Shown in pieces: positions 9,369 through 18,274 of a DNA stretch of 64,000 bases. The notes under the pieces are model-generated. The model saw only the letters and a program-made list of their open reading frames with translations. It ran no database searches and was not told the DNA's origin. The stretch is from Planctomycetota bacterium (lineage in GTDB: Bacteria; Planctomycetota; Planctomycetia; Pirellulales; Lacipirellulaceae): contig JBCCXZ010000011.1 of NCBI GenBank assembly GCA_039190745.1, positions 1-64,000 on the forward strand, read 5' to 3'. Both the position numbers and the translations under genes were made by a program. The stretch's first letter is position 1. Every line of letters starts with the position of its first letter.

Positions 9369-9405
9369 TGCGCCTCCCGATTCTGCAGGCCCGGGAACGT
9401 GACCA

Positions 9406-10191
9406 ATGCGAGTGCTCCTGATCACGGTTGGCTTCTTCGCAGCGTGGGCGGCCTCGTCGTCGGCGCTCGCTGAGCCCACCACGCAGGCGGTGATCGAGTC
9501 GGCCTTGGCGCGTTTGGTCGAGCGAGCGATCCCGCTCACCTACGAGAAGCGGAAAGACTGGGGCCGACGAAGGCGGGTAACGGTGGGAGTGAAGGTCGAT
9601 GGGCTGAGGATCTCGAAACGCTCCAAGCACGTCCGTCACGGGGTCTGGAAGTACTACGTCCTCACCGCCGGCAACGGTCAGCCGATGAGCGTAGGACTCA
9701 GCAGCCTGCGAGTGGACGGCAGTGGGATCCGCTTCACCGCTACGGTGGAAGGCACGATCGACGCGTGGGCCCGGGCCAAGGTCTACCAGTATGGCGTCCA
9801 CCTGATCGCGTTAGAACTGGAGGCCGATTGCCGGTTCCGGGCGCGGGTCGACTGCGTCGTCACGCCGGCAGTGCCGGGCCCTTCTTCTGCGCCCAGGTTG
9901 GGGCTCGTGCCGCGGGTCGAGGCGGCCGAATTGGTCGTCGACGAGCTGAACATCCGCCGCATCAGCAATGCGGATGGGCCGGTGGTGCGCCAGCTCGGAG
10001 ACGGTGTCCGCCGCTTGCTGGCAGACGAATTGAACGGGCCGCGGCTGGTCGAGAAGCTGAACCGGGCCTTGCAGAAGAAACAGTCGCGGTTCGAGTGGAC
10101 GCTGCCGGAATTGTTCGAAATCGGGTCGGCGTTCGACCAGCGGCCCAGCGAGGCCGATCCTACCCCGCCGACTTCTTCACAACCTTCATAA
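9406..10191 (+). CDS. Secreted hypothetical protein
   Basis: Signal peptide ending ALA, then a long ORF with globular composition. Confidence 0.7.
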   Translation: MRVLLITVGFFAAWAASSSALAEPTTQAVIESALARLVERAIPLTYEKRKDWGRRRRVTVGVKVDGLRISKRSKHVRHGVWKYYVLTAGNGQPMSVGLSSLRVDGSGIRFTATVEGTIDAWARAKVYQYGVHLIALELEADCRFRARVDCVVTPAVPGPSSAPRLGLVPRVEAAELVVDELNIRRISNADGPVVRQLGDGVRRLLADELNGPRLVEKLNRALQKKQSRFEWTLPELFEIGSAFDQRPSEADPTPPTSSQPS

Positions 10192-11032
10192 AGTGTTCTT
10201 CAGGCATGACCATGCCGCTGAGTCGGAAGCCGAACCGCTCGCCGACCTTCACCGCCTCGCCCTCGGCGACGGCTTGGTCGCCCACGTAGAGCAGCAACGG
10301 TTCTTCGCACGACTTCTCGAATTTGACGATCGATCCCGGGGAGAGTTTCGTGACCTTCTCAATCCGCTCTTTCTTCTGGGCCAGCAGCACCTTCACGGGC
10401 ACCGACACCTTGAGCAGGCTCTTGCTGTAGCTCGGGAGATTACCGAACCCGATCGACCCGGCGGGTTTCGGAGCAGGTTTTGGTGCGGCGACTGGTTCGG
10501 CCAACCCGTCTACTTCCTCCTGCTCCTTGTCGTTGAACACAGCTTCGGGTTGGCTCAGGGGCCAGACCATTTGTAGGGTCCCGTTCTGGTCTCCGGCGGC
10601 GAGCCGAAGACCGATGGCCGCGGCTGGCTCTTCCAGGCCTCCGGCTCGGAGCGCTTCGAGCAGGTTCTCGGCCCGGCGGGCTTCGAAGGCGTCTGCCAGC
10701 AGCGACTCGGGCACGAGCAGCATGCTGAGTTCTTGGGCCAGCGTGCTGAGCTTGCTCTCTCCGGTCGGGTCGGGCTCGGCGTACCATTCGGGGAGCAGGC
10801 CGGTCGACTCGGGCAGGACCGCGGCGACGGCGTGTTCTCCGAACGTCAGCAGGACGAACAGGCCCGGGCCGTCGAGCGCTTCGGCTTCTCCGGCGTCGAG
10901 CACCTCGGCTTCGCCAACCTCGAGTGAGAACTGGCTGTCTAGGCTCCGGCTGAGGGCACCGGCCGCTTCTTCGGCCCCCGCCTTGCAGGCGTCGAGGATT
11001 TCGTCGGCGAGTTCGGTGGTGAGTTCGGCCAT
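10160..11032 (-). CDS. FliM/FliN-family (SpoA domain) flagellar switch-like protein
   Basis: C-terminal SpoA motif SLLKVSVPVKVLLA...LSPGSIVKFEKSCEEPLLLYVG...AEGEAVKVGERFGFRL. N-terminus is CheC-like. Confidence 0.8.
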   Translation of the reverse strand: MAELTTELADEILDACKAGAEEAAGALSRSLDSQFSLEVGEAEVLDAGEAEALDGPGLFVLLTFGEHAVAAVLPESTGLLPEWYAEPDPTGESKLSTLAQELSMLLVPESLLADAFEARRAENLLEALRAGGLEEPAAAIGLRLAAGDQNGTLQMVWPLSQPEAVFNDKEQEEVDGLAEPVAAPKPAPKPAGSIGFGNLPSYSKSLLKVSVPVKVLLAQKKERIEKVTKLSPGSIVKFEKSCEEPLLLYVGDQAVAEGEAVKVGERFGFRLSGMVMPEEHFMKVVKKSAG

Positions 11033-11247
11033 GAGCGGAAGGCGGATTTGCGTATCTTGATGGGCAGCCGACGGCTTCTTCGGTTATCGGTTTGAGCCGC
11101 CGGCAAACTTTGCCCAGATGTCTCAGGCGGAGCTAGCACCCGCGGAGTTTGGGGCTGTTGGCGTTGCTGGGAATCGGGTTGTGGGCCGCGTATAATCACT
11201 GGATTGCTTGCACTCCGCAGTCCTCCCCTTTTCGTGTTGAGCAACAC

Positions 11248-12384
11248 ATGAGCACCGCCGTTGAGCCGGTCCCCGCTTTCGAGCTGAAGCCCTACAAGTC
11301 GCTGGAGAACGAGGAGCTCTCCCGCCGTATTGAGGCGGTGCGGGCCGAGATGGGCCCGCGGCTGCTGATCCTGGGCCACCACTACCAGCAGGACGAGGTG
11401 ATCGCCCACGCCGACCTGCGGGGCGATAGTTACCAGCTGAGCCAGATGGCGGCAGGCAGCGAGGAGTGCCGGCACATTGCGTTCTGCGGCGTGCACTTTA
11501 TGGCGGAGACGGCCGACATCTTGGCGAACCGGCCGGAGAAGCTCACTAGCCGCGGCGGCGAGCGGGTGCGGGTGGTGCTGCCCGATCTGGCGGCCGGCTG
11601 TTCCATGGCGGACATGGCAGCGATCGATCAGATCGAGGACGCCTGGGACCAGATGGGCGACGTGGTCGACACCGAGGACATCACCCCGGTGACCTACATC
11701 AACTCGGCGGCGAGTTTGAAGGGCTTCGTCGGCCGGCACGGCGGGATTGTTTGCACCTCGAGCAACGCCAAGGCGGCGCTCGATTGGGCGTTCGCCCGCA
11801 CCTCGCGAGTGATGTTCTTCCCCGACCAGCACTTGGGGAGGAACACGGCCATGGGCATGGGCATCGGCGAGGAGCTGATGCCGGTGTGGGACCCTTACCA
11901 GGAGATGGGCGGCAATACGGAAGAGCAAATCGCAGCGAGCCGAGTGATCCTCTGGAAGGGCCACTGCAGCGTGCACCAGATGTTCAAAGCGGAGCACGTG
12001 GCGATGTTCCGCGAGCAGCACCCGGGGATTCAGATCTTGGTGCACCCCGAGTGCCCGAAGGAAGTGTTCGAGCTGGCGGACATGTCGGGCTCGACGGGGA
12101 AGATCATCCAGACGGTGGAGGCGGCGCCGGCGGGGAGCAAGTGGGCCATCGGCACCGAGCTGCACCTGGTGAACCGGCTCAAGCAGGAGCACCCGGAGCA
12201 GGAGATCCATTTCCTGTCGCCGGTGATCTGCATGTGCGCGACGATGTACCGCATTGATCTTGCGCATCTGTGCTGGACGCTGGAGAACCTGGCGGCGGGG
12301 ACGCCGGTGAACACGATTGAGGTCGACGAGGAGACCTCGCGGTGGTCGCTGGTGGCGCTGGAGCGGATGCTGGAGGTTCGTTGA
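11248..12384 (+). CDS. nadA: Quinolinate synthase
   Basis: LILGHHYQ, FCGVHFMAE, AGCSMADM, YINS, CTSSNA, FPDQHLG, CSVH and VHPEC motifs. Start trimmed to MSTAVEP. Confidence 0.95.
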   Translation: MSTAVEPVPAFELKPYKSLENEELSRRIEAVRAEMGPRLLILGHHYQQDEVIAHADLRGDSYQLSQMAAGSEECRHIAFCGVHFMAETADILANRPEKLTSRGGERVRVVLPDLAAGCSMADMAAIDQIEDAWDQMGDVVDTEDITPVTYINSAASLKGFVGRHGGIVCTSSNAKAALDWAFARTSRVMFFPDQHLGRNTAMGMGIGEELMPVWDPYQEMGGNTEEQIAASRVILWKGHCSVHQMFKAEHVAMFREQHPGIQILVHPECPKEVFELADMSGSTGKIIQTVEAAPAGSKWAIGTELHLVNRLKQEHPEQEIHFLSPVICMCATMYRIDLAHLCWTLENLAAGTPVNTIEVDEETSRWSLVALERMLEVR

Positions 12385-12489
12385 GGGCCGTTAGCGGCTG
12401 GCAATGAGCTGTTGGCTTTTGGCTTGAAAACAGCGATCTGCGTCTTGGGGACGGAAGTCCTTTTCTTTTGTCCAAGTCTCTTGGCGGCA

Positions 12490-12518
12490 CCCCAGCGACG
12501 CGTAGCGTCGCGGCTATT
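12490..12518 (-). repeat. REP-like palindrome, copy 1
   Basis: CCCCAGCGACGCGTAGCGTCGCGGCTATT, identical to 14492-14520 and the reverse complement of 13983-14011. Confidence 0.85.
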
Positions 12519-12778
12519 GCGCGCGTGACAGAAGTGCGCGGGGTTTTGTGCTTGGGGGCTTTGCAGAAGTCGTCCTTTGCTAATTCATGGGATCGTTGCT
12601 AGTTGCTGCAGACACAGTGTTTGCGGCGATCTTGTGGCATAAGCAGTTGGTGCGTTTTGCAGCAGGATCTCTTGCTGGAGGGGTCAGAAAGGGCCTCACC
12701 CAAAGGCGCAGAGGCGCAAAGGACGCGCGGAGTTGAGCCGGCGGCGTCGCCGCCCGCGCCTTGTTGCTGCTTGCTGAG

Positions 12779-12840
12779 TTGTCAAAGAACGGTTGCTCTA
12801 GTTGTGGGTGAAGTATAAGTGATCAGGTGTCCATTATCAA
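12779..12840 (-). promoter_or_regulatory. Sigma70-like promoter followed by a boxA-like element
   Basis: Minus strand TTGATA(12840-12835)-17 nt-TATACT(12817-12812), then GTTCTTTGACAA (12790-12779). Confidence 0.55.
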
Positions 12841-13848
12841 GTCGCTTGCGGGAGAAGGGCGTTTGCTCGGCAGCCAACGCGTTGCTGGGAGCAGTGCGAG
12901 GATGACGAAGACGGCGGTTGCGTAGACCTTGGCGTAGTCGAGTTCCGGGGCGAGGGCGCGATCGAGCTCGCGTAGGTCGATCTCTTCGCCTCCGTTGCAG
13001 GTGAGGAGGGCGGCGGCGAAGTCGCGGTCGAGGGGCTTTCGGACCGCGCGGGCGGAGCCGTCGGCGAATCCGACGTGCAGTACTTTCGATGGTTTGTAGA
13101 AGAAACCGTAGTCGTGCCAATGGCCGCTTTCGGCGTAGTACGGCGGCAGGCCGCAGAGGAGGTCGACCGCTTCGTCGAAAGTCAGGTCCTCGGGTTTGGC
13201 CCAAGGGGCGTTCTTGCCGCTGGCTTCGATGACGACGATGGTCGACTCTCGCCGGTCGGTGATGTCGCTCAGCCTTCTCGCTCTAGCGCCGGGCCAGACG
13301 GTGCGTTCATCGACGATGGCGTAGTAGCTGGTAGTGTTGGGTTGGAGGTTGTTGAGGTCCTTCGGGCATTGGTAGACGGCTATCTGGTCATCAGTTAGGG
13401 GTGAGTTGAACGAGCTATTCCATGGCTCTTGGTAGCGGAGCAGGCGGTAAGGATTCGGAAACTCTAGCTCGGATGGTAATTGCGTTCGCCAGCTTGTCGT
13501 GGGTGTACCCTTGTCATCAGTGTTGTAGACCGGAGGCAACGCCCCGTGTCGGTCATTGTAGCATTGGAGCGCCAGCCCAATGTTCTTGAGGTTGTTGATG
13601 CACGACGTGCGACGAGAAGACTCTCGCGCCTGTTGCATCCCCGGCAGCAGCAGCACGAAAACAACAAAGGCCGCGAAGACGAACCACAAGAAGGCGTGCC
13701 GTAGGATTCGTGGCGGGGGGTAGAACAACAGCGTCCAGCCCGTGCAGACGACCGCTGCGGCGAGGGTTCCGTAGTAGCCGTCAAAGGTCGCGATCGCCGA
13801 AGCGAAGACGGCGAATGCCCAGAGGATGGTGCGGAGGCGGAAGCGCAT
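12823..13848 (-). CDS. DUF1559 domain membrane protein (non-prepilin type)
   Basis: [37 protein letters not shown] and HVGFADGS motifs. TM helices at both ends. Confidence 0.85.
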   Translation of the reverse strand: MRFRLRTILWAFAVFASAIATFDGYYGTLAAAVVCTGWTLLFYPPPRILRHAFLWFVFAAFVVFVLLLPGMQQARESSRRTSCINNLKNIGLALQCYNDRHGALPPVYNTDDKGTPTTSWRTQLPSELEFPNPYRLLRYQEPWNSSFNSPLTDDQIAVYQCPKDLNNLQPNTTSYYAIVDERTVWPGARARRLSDITDRRESTIVVIEASGKNAPWAKPEDLTFDEAVDLLCGLPPYYAESGHWHDYGFFYKPSKVLHVGFADGSARAVRKPLDRDFAAALLTCNGGEEIDLRELDRALAPELDYAKVYATAVFVILALLPATRWLPSKRPSPASDLIMDT

Positions 13849-13882
13849 GGGGTTGTTGGGTGGTGCGCTGGTTTGCGGGGCT

Positions 13883-13909
13883 CCAGCGAGCCGTAGGCTC
13901 GCGGCTATT
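13883..13909 (-). repeat. REP-like palindrome, variant copy with compensatory changes
   Basis: CCAGCGAGCCGTAGGCTCGCGGCTATT. Stem is GCGAGCC/GGCTCGC versus GCGACGC/GCGTCGC in the other copies. Confidence 0.8.
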
Positions 13910-13982
13910 GGCGCTCTTGCGATTGGTGATGGTTTTGGGGTTTGTTTGCTTGATTCTTCGCGTCGCTTCGGCTTCGGTGGGA

Positions 13983-14011
13983 AATAGCCGCGACGCTACG
14001 CGTCGCTGGGG
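13983..14011 (+). repeat. REP-like palindrome, copy 2 (overlaps the transposase stop codon)
   Basis: AATAGCCGCGACGCTACGCGTCGCTGGGG. Confidence 0.85.
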
Positions 14012-14484
14012 CGCGGAGGAGGCTCTGTCCAACACACCCCGCGATGACTCGGCAGGTACTTCGTGACGAGGTACTCGAAGTGCTCGCGGTCTTTCACGCG
14101 TTTGCGGCTGGAACCGTTGCTGAACCACCTTCGGCGGGACAGCTGGTCGTTCAGGGTGCGCGTGAGGCTCGTCTTCAATGACTTGGAAATAGACTCCCAC
14201 GGGCGGTCGTGCGTCCAACTGACGAGCGTGTGGACGTGGGAGGCGTCGGTGGCGATGGCGTGGCAGTGTGCTTCAAGACGGGGGCAGGACTGTTGGAGGG
14301 TTTCGACGATTAGCTGCTGCGCTTGCTTGTCGAAGGTTACCTCGGATTCGCGCACCTTCTCGCGGCAGTTCTTTGCGAGTTTCGGCGATGCGGGTTGGAC
14401 GCCTCGGTCGCGGTCGACGTAGCCTCGGCTGCGGTCGGGGAGCCAACTGCCGTAGGCGTGGTAGGTGAAGAGGTAGCAGGGCAT
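13996..14484 (-). mobile_element. REP-associated tyrosine transposase (RAYT; IS200/IS605 Y1 HUH family)
   Basis: 162 aa. N-terminal YLFTYHAYGSWLP, HUH motif HVH (DASHVHTLV), late candidate catalytic Tyr (TKYL). Flanked by inverted palindromic repeats. Confidence 0.8.
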
Positions 14485-14491
14485 GTGCTGC

Positions 14492-14520
14492 CCCCAGCGA
14501 CGCGTAGCGTCGCGGCTATT
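14492..14520 (-). repeat. REP-like palindrome, copy 3 (7 bp before the transposase start)
   Basis: CCCCAGCGACGCGTAGCGTCGCGGCTATT. Confidence 0.85.
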
Positions 14521-14584
14521 GCGGATTTGAGGCAGAGCGAATCGTAGAGTTCATCGCACTCAAAGCAGCGGACGAATCCGTTTG

Positions 14585-15280
14585 CTACTCGGCGTCTTTG
14601 TCGCGGCAGTAGGCGAGCATGTCGTCGACGGACATCGACGAGCGGTCGACCTTGCCGTCTTCTTCCGCTGCGGGCGCTTCGGCTGCGGGCTCCTCAACCG
14701 GGGTCGTTTCCTCGGCAACGGGTTCCTCGGCGGCGGGCTCGGGCTCCGGTTCGGGATCGGCCGCGGGGGCTGGTTCCGCTTGCGTCGCGGCGTCGCTGGA
14801 ACGGGCCGCGGCGAGCATGTCGGAGACGGACATCTTGCCGGCGGGCTTGCTGGGGGCTGCTGCCGCTGCGGGGGGGTCGGGCTCGGCTTTCGCGGGCGCC
14901 GGCGGGGCTTCCGCCTTGGCGCCGCTGTCGCCGCTGCGGGCGGCGGCCAAGATGTCGGCCGCGGACATCTTCGGCTTGGCCGGGGCGGCTTCTTTCTCGG
15001 CCTCAGGCTTGGCGGGCGCTGCTTTCTTGGCCGCCGGCTTCTTCTCCTCGACCTTCGGCTCGGGCTTGTCGACCACCTTGAGGAAGTCGAGGTCGATGTC
15101 GTACCAACCGATGTTGAGGTGGTACTCGTTGAACTCCACCAGGGCGCGGCCGCTCATGTTGACGGTGCGGACCAGGCCGACGACGTCTTTGAAGCGGGCC
15201 AGCTCGGGGCGGCTCTCGTCGACGACGACGTACTTGTCGGTGTACTCGGCTTTGATCTTTTCGATGTTGGGGAAAGCCAT
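14585..15280 (-). CDS. Hypothetical protein with a small N-terminal beta-rich domain and an Ala/Pro/Glu tail carrying three MSxxD(I/M)LAxxR motifs
   Basis: Start trimmed to MAFPNIEK. Motifs MSAADILAAAR, MSVSDMLAAAR and MSVDDMLAYCR. Confidence 0.75.
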   Translation of the reverse strand: MAFPNIEKIKAEYTDKYVVVDESRPELARFKDVVGLVRTVNMSGRALVEFNEYHLNIGWYDIDLDFLKVVDKPEPKVEEKKPAAKKAAPAKPEAEKEAAPAKPKMSAADILAAARSGDSGAKAEAPPAPAKAEPDPPAAAAAPSKPAGKMSVSDMLAAARSSDAATQAEPAPAADPEPEPEPAAEEPVAEETTPVEEPAAEAPAAEEDGKVDRSSMSVDDMLAYCRDKDAE

Positions 15281-15495
15281 CGCGGCGGTCGCCTGACTGA
15301 TTGGTTGCGGGTGCTGGTTGGTTGCGGGCACCCCAGGGGGCTCGGGGAATCCACGATTTTGCCCCATGCTCGGGGGGTTGGCAATGGTCCGTTAGGCGCG
15401 CCGCGGGGCCGGCTTTTCGGTTGCGGGGGGCCGTCGGGCGGCCGATAATCGGGCCTTCGTGATGGGTTTTCTAGTTTTGCACCGAGGAGCGGGCC

Positions 15496-16356
15496 GTGTT
15501 GGAGCATTCTCTGAGCGTGGTTGTGTGTCGTTGTCGGCTTCTGCTGGCGGGGGCCTGGATTGCGGCCGCGGTCGCGGCTTCGGCCGGGGCGGAGAGCGTC
15601 GAGTACCTGTCGGGGGTCGAGTGGCCCGAGCCGGCGGCGGTGACGCCGGGGGCGACGCCCGGGGCGGCCCCCTCGGACGCGACGGTTCTGTTCGACGGGA
15701 CCAACCTCGATGCGTGGGAGAACGGCGACGCCTGGAAGGTGGAGGGCGGCGTGGCAACGGTCGGGACCGGGCCGATTACCACGAAGCAGACCTTTGGCGA
15801 CTGCCAGCTGCACGTGGAGTGGTCGGCACCGGTGTCTCCGTCTGGCGACGGGCAGAACCGAGGGAACAGCGGCGTGTTCTTCCTCGGCCACAGCATCGAC
15901 ATCTCTTACGAGGTGCAGGTGCTGGACTCTTTCCAGAGCAAGACCTACTTCGACGGGCAGGCGGGGGCGGTCTACAAGCAGACGCCGCCGATGGTGAACG
16001 TGACGCGCCCCCCCGGCGAGTGGAACGTGTATGACATTCTGTGGACGGCTCCGCGGTTTGAGGGAGACGGCACGCTGAAATCGCCGGCGTACGTGACGGT
16101 GTTGCACAACGGCGTCGTAGTGCAGAACCATTTCCAGCTGAAGGGGAGTACCTACTGGCACCGGCCGCCGGAGTATGTTGCCCACGAGGGGGACGGACTG
16201 CACATCTCGCTGCAGGACCACCACCACCCGGTGCGTTACCGGAACATCTGGGTGCGTGAGTGGAAGGCGCTGGAGGGCAAGCAGGCCGAGCCGCCGAGCT
16301 ACTACGATCACGCGACGGGCAAGACTTCGGCTGAGCGACCGGCGACCGGCGGTTAG
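15496..16356 (+). CDS. DUF1080 / 3-keto-disaccharide hydrolase family secreted protein
   Basis: APSDATVLFDG, FGDCQLHVEW, GNSGVF, YEVQVLDS, LHNGVVVQ and LQDH..PVRYRNIWVR motifs. Confidence 0.9.
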   Translation: MLEHSLSVVVCRCRLLLAGAWIAAAVAASAGAESVEYLSGVEWPEPAAVTPGATPGAAPSDATVLFDGTNLDAWENGDAWKVEGGVATVGTGPITTKQTFGDCQLHVEWSAPVSPSGDGQNRGNSGVFFLGHSIDISYEVQVLDSFQSKTYFDGQAGAVYKQTPPMVNVTRPPGEWNVYDILWTAPRFEGDGTLKSPAYVTVLHNGVVVQNHFQLKGSTYWHRPPEYVAHEGDGLHISLQDHHHPVRYRNIWVREWKALEGKQAEPPSYYDHATGKTSAERPATGG

Positions 16357-16363
16357 CGGGCGG

Positions 16364-16960
16364 TCAGCCGTTCTCTCGCAAGACCCGGTAGCGCCAGCGT
16401 AGCGTCGCGGGCTGCGCCGGCAGCGGACGCTGGATGGTGAGCGTCTGCCCCTGCAGGCTCCAGTGAGCGGGTTCGTCTTGTTCTTCGATAGGTTCGATCG
16501 AATGCAGGCCTGGGCCGGCGGAGGCGCGGAGCGCGGGCGGCTTGCCGGCGAGCGTGGCGGTGGGCGGGGTTTCGTACGCGCTGCCGATCTCGGGGATCGA
16601 CTGCGTCGGCGTGCGGGCGGCGGCGTCGAAGACGACGCAGACGCCGGCTTCTGTTTCTTGAAGCTCGATGCTGAGCGAGCAGCGGATGTCGCCGGTCATG
16701 CCGTAGAGGAGCGCGGGCGGCGGGGGTCCGGCTGCAGGGTCGTGCGTTTCGAGCTGCTCGCGGTTGAGCGCTTGGAGGGCGATGCAGCCCGGGGCGTCGG
16801 TTTCGATCGAGGCGAGCAGGAGGGCGGGCTCGGCGTCGGGACTGAATGCGAGGAGTCGGTGGCCGTAGCGGTCGGGGCCGCGGGTGATTTCGAGTCGGTA
16901 GCCGACGCCGTGGGGGTTGGCGGATTCGACGGCGGCGATGAATTCTTGGGAAGAGTCCAT
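16364..16960 (-). CDS. Hypothetical protein
   Basis: ORF filling the gap with host-like codon pattern, ending TLRWRYRV. Start uncertain. Confidence 0.55.
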   Translation of the reverse strand: MDSSQEFIAAVESANPHGVGYRLEITRGPDRYGHRLLAFSPDAEPALLLASIETDAPGCIALQALNREQLETHDPAAGPPPPALLYGMTGDIRCSLSIELQETEAGVCVVFDAAARTPTQSIPEIGSAYETPPTATLAGKPPALRASAGPGLHSIEPIEEQDEPAHWSLQGQTLTIQRPLPAQPATLRWRYRVLRENG

Positions 16961-17132
16961 TTTCTCTCGCGCTAGGAGGCTGGGTTTGCCTCTTGTGCTG
17001 CGCACACGGACAATCGTTCGAATGCGTTCAACTACTCCCGATAACCTACGCGAGTGACTCTCGGCGCCACCCGCGTCTGGACCAGGTAGTGATCGATAGA
17101 CGCACGCAGAGTATTTCAGGCGTCAAGAAGAA

Positions 17133-17167
17133 GCCAGTAGGGCCGTTTCAAAACCGGCCCTACTGGC
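17133..17167 (-). terminator. Perfect 13-bp hairpin after the XRE gene (terminator; GTAG...CTAC REP-like)
   Basis: GCCAGTAGGGCCG-TTTCAAAAC-CGGCCCTACTGGC, followed by TTCTTCTTG on the minus strand. Confidence 0.65.
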
Positions 17168-17179
17168 GATTGGGGGAGC

Positions 17180-17791
17180 TTAGGGATTCCACTCTTCTGC
17201 GGAGGAGCAGGTAACGGTCTCTGAGCAATCGATCAGAACAGAGAGAAGGTCAATGATGCTCTGGGCAGCTTTCGCTGGGAGTACAATTTCTTGTGCAACC
17301 GACTTGAGGGTGTCGATATCGCGTTGGTCAACGTGCTTATCAGTGACTACAGCAACATGAAGACGATCAAGGGCTTGTGACAATGACTGCATCCTAGACT
17401 CAACGTATCCTTGAACGGCAGATACGTCTTCGAATTCAAGGCCAAGCTTTTCATGGCCAAGACAAGACAGAAGCTGGTCTTGGTTGTCGAGGTTGTTGCT
17501 GGGGCCGGCCCCCTGAATATCTAAAGACTCTGCGATAGACCAGGCGTGCGAAACTGAACAATCGAGTGCATGGCAAATCGCGTTTAGTCTTTCTTTCCCA
17601 GGAAAGAGGCCCCCGTTCTCCACGCGGCTCAAGTAGCTTTGGCTGACGCCGAGGCTTTCAGGAATGCTGTCAGCGATCTGCTTCTGAGTCATTCTGCTCC
17701 GCAGGCGAATGATCTTTAGCGCCTTTCCGAAGCGTAGTGACATGTTATTCGCGGTGCCTCCCTTCGAGGAGTCGCGGTCGTGGGTAGACAT
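17180..17791 (-). CDS. XRE-family helix-turn-helix transcriptional regulator
   Basis: FGKALKIIRLRSRMTQKQIA...GVSQSYLSRVENG...LNAICHAL. GGAG lies upstream; start is 17791 or 17803. Confidence 0.8.
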   Translation of the reverse strand: MSTHDRDSSKGGTANNMSLRFGKALKIIRLRSRMTQKQIADSIPESLGVSQSYLSRVENGGLFPGKERLNAICHALDCSVSHAWSIAESLDIQGAGPSNNLDNQDQLLSCLGHEKLGLEFEDVSAVQGYVESRMQSLSQALDRLHVAVVTDKHVDQRDIDTLKSVAQEIVLPAKAAQSIIDLLSVLIDCSETVTCSSAEEWNP

Positions 17792-17848
17792 GATATTACT
17801 CATCTCCAAAATGTTAAATTGCGCGAGGGCAGTTTGGTTTGTGGCAGA

Positions 17849-17881
17849 GAAAAAAAGGCCGGGGCGGGGGAGCGCCCCGGC
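17849..17881 (-). terminator. Intrinsic terminator between the small ORF and the XRE gene
   Basis: Minus strand GCCGGGGCG-CTCCCC-CGCCCCGGC followed by CTTTTTTTC. Confidence 0.75.
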
Positions 17882-17898
17882 TGCAGCTGCGAAACACA

Positions 17899-18144
17899 TT
17901 AGTAGTACCTGATTCTGGCTGTAACGTTCATCAGTGCTTCACGTAACTCGAGAGTCTTCTGGTGAATCTCCAAGAGATCTTCACCATCTACCACAATTAA
18001 CTGATGCACAATTGCCCTTCGAATATCCAGCAGCTCTTCTTGTGAGAACTCACATAGGCAGAGGATTGAATTGATGACGCCGCCACTTTCACCTTTCAAT
18101 TCCTCATACCAAGAGAAGCTCCCATCGAATTGTTGGGCGTCCAC
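17899..18144 (-). CDS. Small acidic hypothetical protein (81 aa)
   Basis: Perfect SD AAGGAGGT (18157-18150) before GTG at 18144. MDAQQFDGSFSWYEELK...TARIRYY, followed directly by a terminator. Confidence 0.65.
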   Translation of the reverse strand: MDAQQFDGSFSWYEELKGESGGVINSILCLCEFSQEELLDIRRAIVHQLIVVDGEDLLEIHQKTLELREALMNVTARIRYY

Positions 18145-18274
18145 ACTGGACCTCCTTGGTTGGACTGGGGTACCGGAAAGGGTTCTTCCAGGAGAGTCTC
18201 CATTCGTTGCGGTAAGGGTGAAGGAGGGTAGCCAGCGGCAGCAGGCACATGCGACAAGCACAGTCGGCAGTCCC

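Noticed and set aside
12695..12721. CTCACCCAAAGGCGCAGAGGCGCAAAG, loosely resembling a glycine riboswitch core
   Set aside because: Enclosing stems and the 3' CUCAGG element were not found and no relevant gene follows. More likely a short tandem intergenic repeat.
16398..16410. CGTAGCGTCGCGG, a partial match to the REP
   Set aside because: Only one arm, no hairpin and no AATAG head, and it lies inside a coding 3' end. Likely chance at this GC content.
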